The notes under the pieces are model-generated. The model was not told the DNA's origin and searched no databases. It saw only the letters and a list, made by a program, of their open reading frames with translations. 64,000 bases of DNA. Source: Raja brachyura (taxonomy: Eukaryota). This document shows, piece after piece, positions 60,955-64,000 of this stretch. The stretch is taken from assembly GCA_963514005.1 (NCBI GenBank), contig OY740791.1, forward strand, positions 60,326,001 to 60,390,000, read 5' to 3'. The stretch's first letter is position 1. Every line of letters starts with the position of its first letter. A program made the translations under genes and the position numbers.

Positions 60955-61902
60955 TCTGCCGGGTCCTTCGTGGTGGCGTTGCCCCACCAAGTTGCTCTTT
61001 GTTCTCAGTATCCCGATTGCCTCTCTGCGGCTGGCGCTCGGCCTGCCGTATCTCCATGGCCCATCCTCGCCTGACCTCCTCTCCCTCTCTTACGGTTCGC
61101 CAGCGAGCCGTCCCTCTCCTCTCCGGGCCTTCAGCCCTCGTGCCCCAGGTGACGCCACCCACAGCCAACCTTGAAGGAGCAGTAGGTCAGACCCCCACCC
61201 CCCCCCCCCCCCCCCCCCCCCAGACCACCTCCTACCGGCCCTTTGTCCATCGTCTGCTAGAGCAACCCTCTCCCGGTCGATGGGAGCGGGCAGAAGATGA
61301 ACCTCTGCCCCACTCCAGGTGGGTTCCACTGCCGGCTGCTGGTCAGGGTATTTTTTGCTGTTAAATTATTGATTCTATTTCAAACTTTATGTCGAAGGTG
61401 GGTCCAGTCGCCAGTTTTTCGGTGACCTGCTACGACTATGACTGTCGCCGGCAGTCGCCTAGAAATAGCCTGTGGGATGGGCTCATACGTTTTTTTATCC
61501 ATTTTGCTGTCAGGAGCAGAGTTAACGAGAGCGAACATTGCAGTTTTTAACAGTTGCAGTTCCTGGACTCTGATCAAGGCAGGCGGCCCATGGACGGCCA
61601 AAGCAAGGTAGTAAATTAAAATCAATGATTTCTATTCTCATGTTAGTAAAATCCAATAACCATACGATCACATTGCACCCACTGGCTCAACATTATAACT
61701 CATGTACACATGCGTATATGTGGGTTTTTGAGTACACATAAACATATTGTCTCTGTAGGTAGTGTTTGAGACAAGTTCTTATTCTCATCATTTTTTTTGC
61801 CTTTTCATTTAAAACATAGTTTCAGCAGCAAGTGTAAAGTATTGCTTTAGCTAACTTTATATAGTTGGCAGAGGATGCAAGCAGAAAGGATTGGATTAAC
61901 AT

Positions 61903-62630
61903 ACTGTATTGTATTGTATTCAATGTATTGTCATTGTCTCATTTTAGAGAAAACAAAATGGATTTTCCTTACAGTTGGTAACATAAAAGTAAATAATAAA
62001 TAAATAAACTTTTTTTTTTAAAAGCACAAACACAGAAGTCCACACACAACATAACCCCACAGCGGCACCAGAGTTAAGGAAGGTACCATAGTCCAGCCAG
62101 CCTCCCTGCCGATCCTCCCAGATGTTCACCTGTGGTCGGGGTCTCCCGAGCACCCGCAGGCCCTCTCGCCGGGAACGGTGCTCAGGCCCTCTCGCTGGGA
62201 ACGATGGAACCCCGACGGAGAACATCCTCAGCGGCCCGGACCTCAAGATCAGCCACCTGCCACCGGAGTCCGCGGCTCCCAAAGGCCCAGCACTACGGAG
62301 CTGTAATGGAGATCCCCGGTGAGGCATCGCCCACCCCGCGATGTTTCCAACGCTGCGCCGCTGCTGCAGAAGCTCTGGTCCCGGCAGGAAAGGCTGCGCC
62401 AATCCAGTAGGTAGGCCGCGGGGGGGGGGGGGGGAGGACACGGCTCCAATAATAGTCGCATCCTCTCCATGAAGCCACTGAAGGACGGTATCCCCCTTAC
62501 CGTACCCTCTTCCCCCACATAAAGACATTAAAAAAAACACAAAAAACCTCTTTAAGCAGAACAAAACATAACAAAAAAACGAAAAGATACCGGACTGAAG
62601 GCGGAGGCAGCTAGCAACAGCGCCACCGGA
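61903..62630 (-). mobile_element. modular non-autonomous retroposon
   Basis: On the - strand: ggtggcgctg...gctgcctccgcc head, T-rich block, G-tract, GC-rich middle, then a tgacaata and (caata)n tail. Confidence 0.6.
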
Positions 62631-62654
62631 CCATATAATGTGTGTTTGAGGGCG

Positions 62655-62998
62655 CTGGAGATTAGAAGGATGAGGGGAGACCTCATTGAAACTTACTGAA
62701 AAGTAAAGGTTCTGGACCAGAAACCTTAGCCTCAGAATAAAAGGATGCACTTTAAGAAAGGAGACGAGGAGGAATTTCTTTCGTCAGAGGGTGGAATTTG
62801 TTGCACAGACGGCTTGTGGAGGCCAATACATATTTTTGAGTGGAGATTGACAAATTCTTGATTAGTAAGAGTGTCAGGAGTTATGGGGAGAAGGCAGGAG
62901 AATGGTATTGAGAGGGAAAGATAGATCAGCCATGATTGAATGGTGTGGTCAACTTGATGGGGCGAATGGCCTATTTCTTCTCCTATAACTTATGAAAC
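62655..62998 (+). mobile_element. CR1 3' fragment, degenerate
   Basis: gaaggatgaggggagacctcattgaaac...gatcagccatgattgaatgg. Confidence 0.8.
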
Positions 62999-63285
62999 AT
63001 GCTTAGTGTTTAGTCTAAGGTTTATCTGTGCTTCTGAGGTCCTGTTTAAAACCCTTGCGACATTATAGTCCAAATCAATGTTAATATATTCTGAATCGTT
63101 AGCTCATCCATTAATTCAAAATGTTGAACACTGTTTCGAGATCCCAACTGTGTAGTCTCAATCAGCTCCCCCCTCCATCCATGGGCAAATAAGTTTGCAG
63201 CGACCATCCCCTGGATCGCACGTGCACCTAGTTATTTGCATCGGTGATAGATGGTACATTAGCAGCAGGCAGCATTGGGGTGGCA

Positions 63286-63972
63286 GGTGGCAACACCGGA
63301 CTGGCTGCCTTGCCAACAGCCTGTCTGTCCCCTCTCTTTTTTTATTATTTTAAGCATGTTTTAAAAGTATGTTTTAATGTTTCTTGGTCAGTTCTATGTG
63401 GGGGATTGAGGGAAACTTTTTTCAGCCACTTACCTCGAAGGAGATGCGGTTTCTCTCCGTCTCGCATCTCCTTTCCTCCCCCCCCCCCCCCAACAACGTG
63501 GAGTGGTGCGGCCTTTCCTGAAGACCGTCCCGATGCTTCAATATGCGGGCGCTGTGCGGACTTTAACAATGGGAGCTGCGATCCTTTGCTGAGGATTGTG
63601 GAGATTTCCAACCGCGGGGCCTGTGGACTTTAACAACGTGAAGCCCGCGGTCTCCGGTAAGAAGAGGCCGACTCGGGAGCTCCACGCCGCGGAGTGAGGG
63701 CTCGGACATCGGAGCGTCAGCAGCGGCGAATGCGGAGGGTTCAACAGCCGGACTACGGGTGAACAAAGGAGGAAGATTATTTTTCACCTTCCATCACAAT
63801 GAGGAATGTGGATTCCGCTGTGGTGGATGTTTATGTTAAATTTTATTTTATGTGGCTCTGTGTGTTGTTGCCTTTCACTTAGTATAACTGTATGGTAACT
63901 CAAATTTCACTGTACCTCAATTGGTACATGTGACAATAAAATTGAATCTGAAATCTTGAACCTTGAATCTTG
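63286..63972 (+). mobile_element. modular non-autonomous retroposon
   Basis: ggtggc...ggctgccttgccaacagc head, T-rich block, ggagatgcg/cgcatctcc hairpin, and a tail tgacaataaa plus (cttgaa)n. Confidence 0.6.
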
Positions 63973-64000
63973 GGATGGCATCCCTGGGAAAATAATGAAG

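Noticed and set aside
60337-60968. Regularly spaced 14-bp repeats as a CRISPR-like array
   Set aside because: Eukaryotic context, and the spacers are homologous retroelement ends of about 300 bp.
61944-62750. 268-aa ORF
   Set aside because: Runs across a CR1 fragment and a GC-rich non-autonomous element. The absence of stops reflects composition.
22543-64000. Expected mammalian neighbours PFN3, F12, GRK6
   Set aside because: I found no profilin, serine-protease or kinase-like exon. Short exons could have been missed by eye.

Overview
This is vertebrate genomic DNA from an elasmobranch, most likely a skate or ray. The assignment rests on HE1-type SINEs, HER1/CR1 LINEs and the overall repeat complement; the species cannot be determined. 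The only recognisable host gene is the 3' half of a type II Na+/phosphate cotransporter (SLC34 family, best read as slc34a1/NaPi-IIa) on the + strand. It has seven coding exons between 697 and 22542, all with GT-AG boundaries and compatible phases, ending in a PDZ-type TQL-stop. The rest is dominated by mobile DNA: many CR1 3' fragments, a full-length decayed L1 with TSDs, a 5'-truncated L1, Rex1/Babar-like LINE pieces, Tx1-like pieces, tRNA-derived SINEs, Harbinger-like MITEs and a tandem Helitron-like cluster carrying an apparently captured exon. There are also many Penelope-like (PLE) derivatives whose terminal repeat carries a minimal hammerhead-ribozyme core. The most notable observations are: the hammerhead-bearing palindromic PLE insertions, the mosaic IIa/IIb character of the transporter, a 150-bp hairpin just after the stop codon, Helitron-captured coding-like DNA, serial same-site Tx1-derived insertions, a modular non-autonomous retroposon family and candidate antisense exons. 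There are three assembly gaps. Repeat boundaries were read by eye and are approximate unless a TSD or TIR is quoted.
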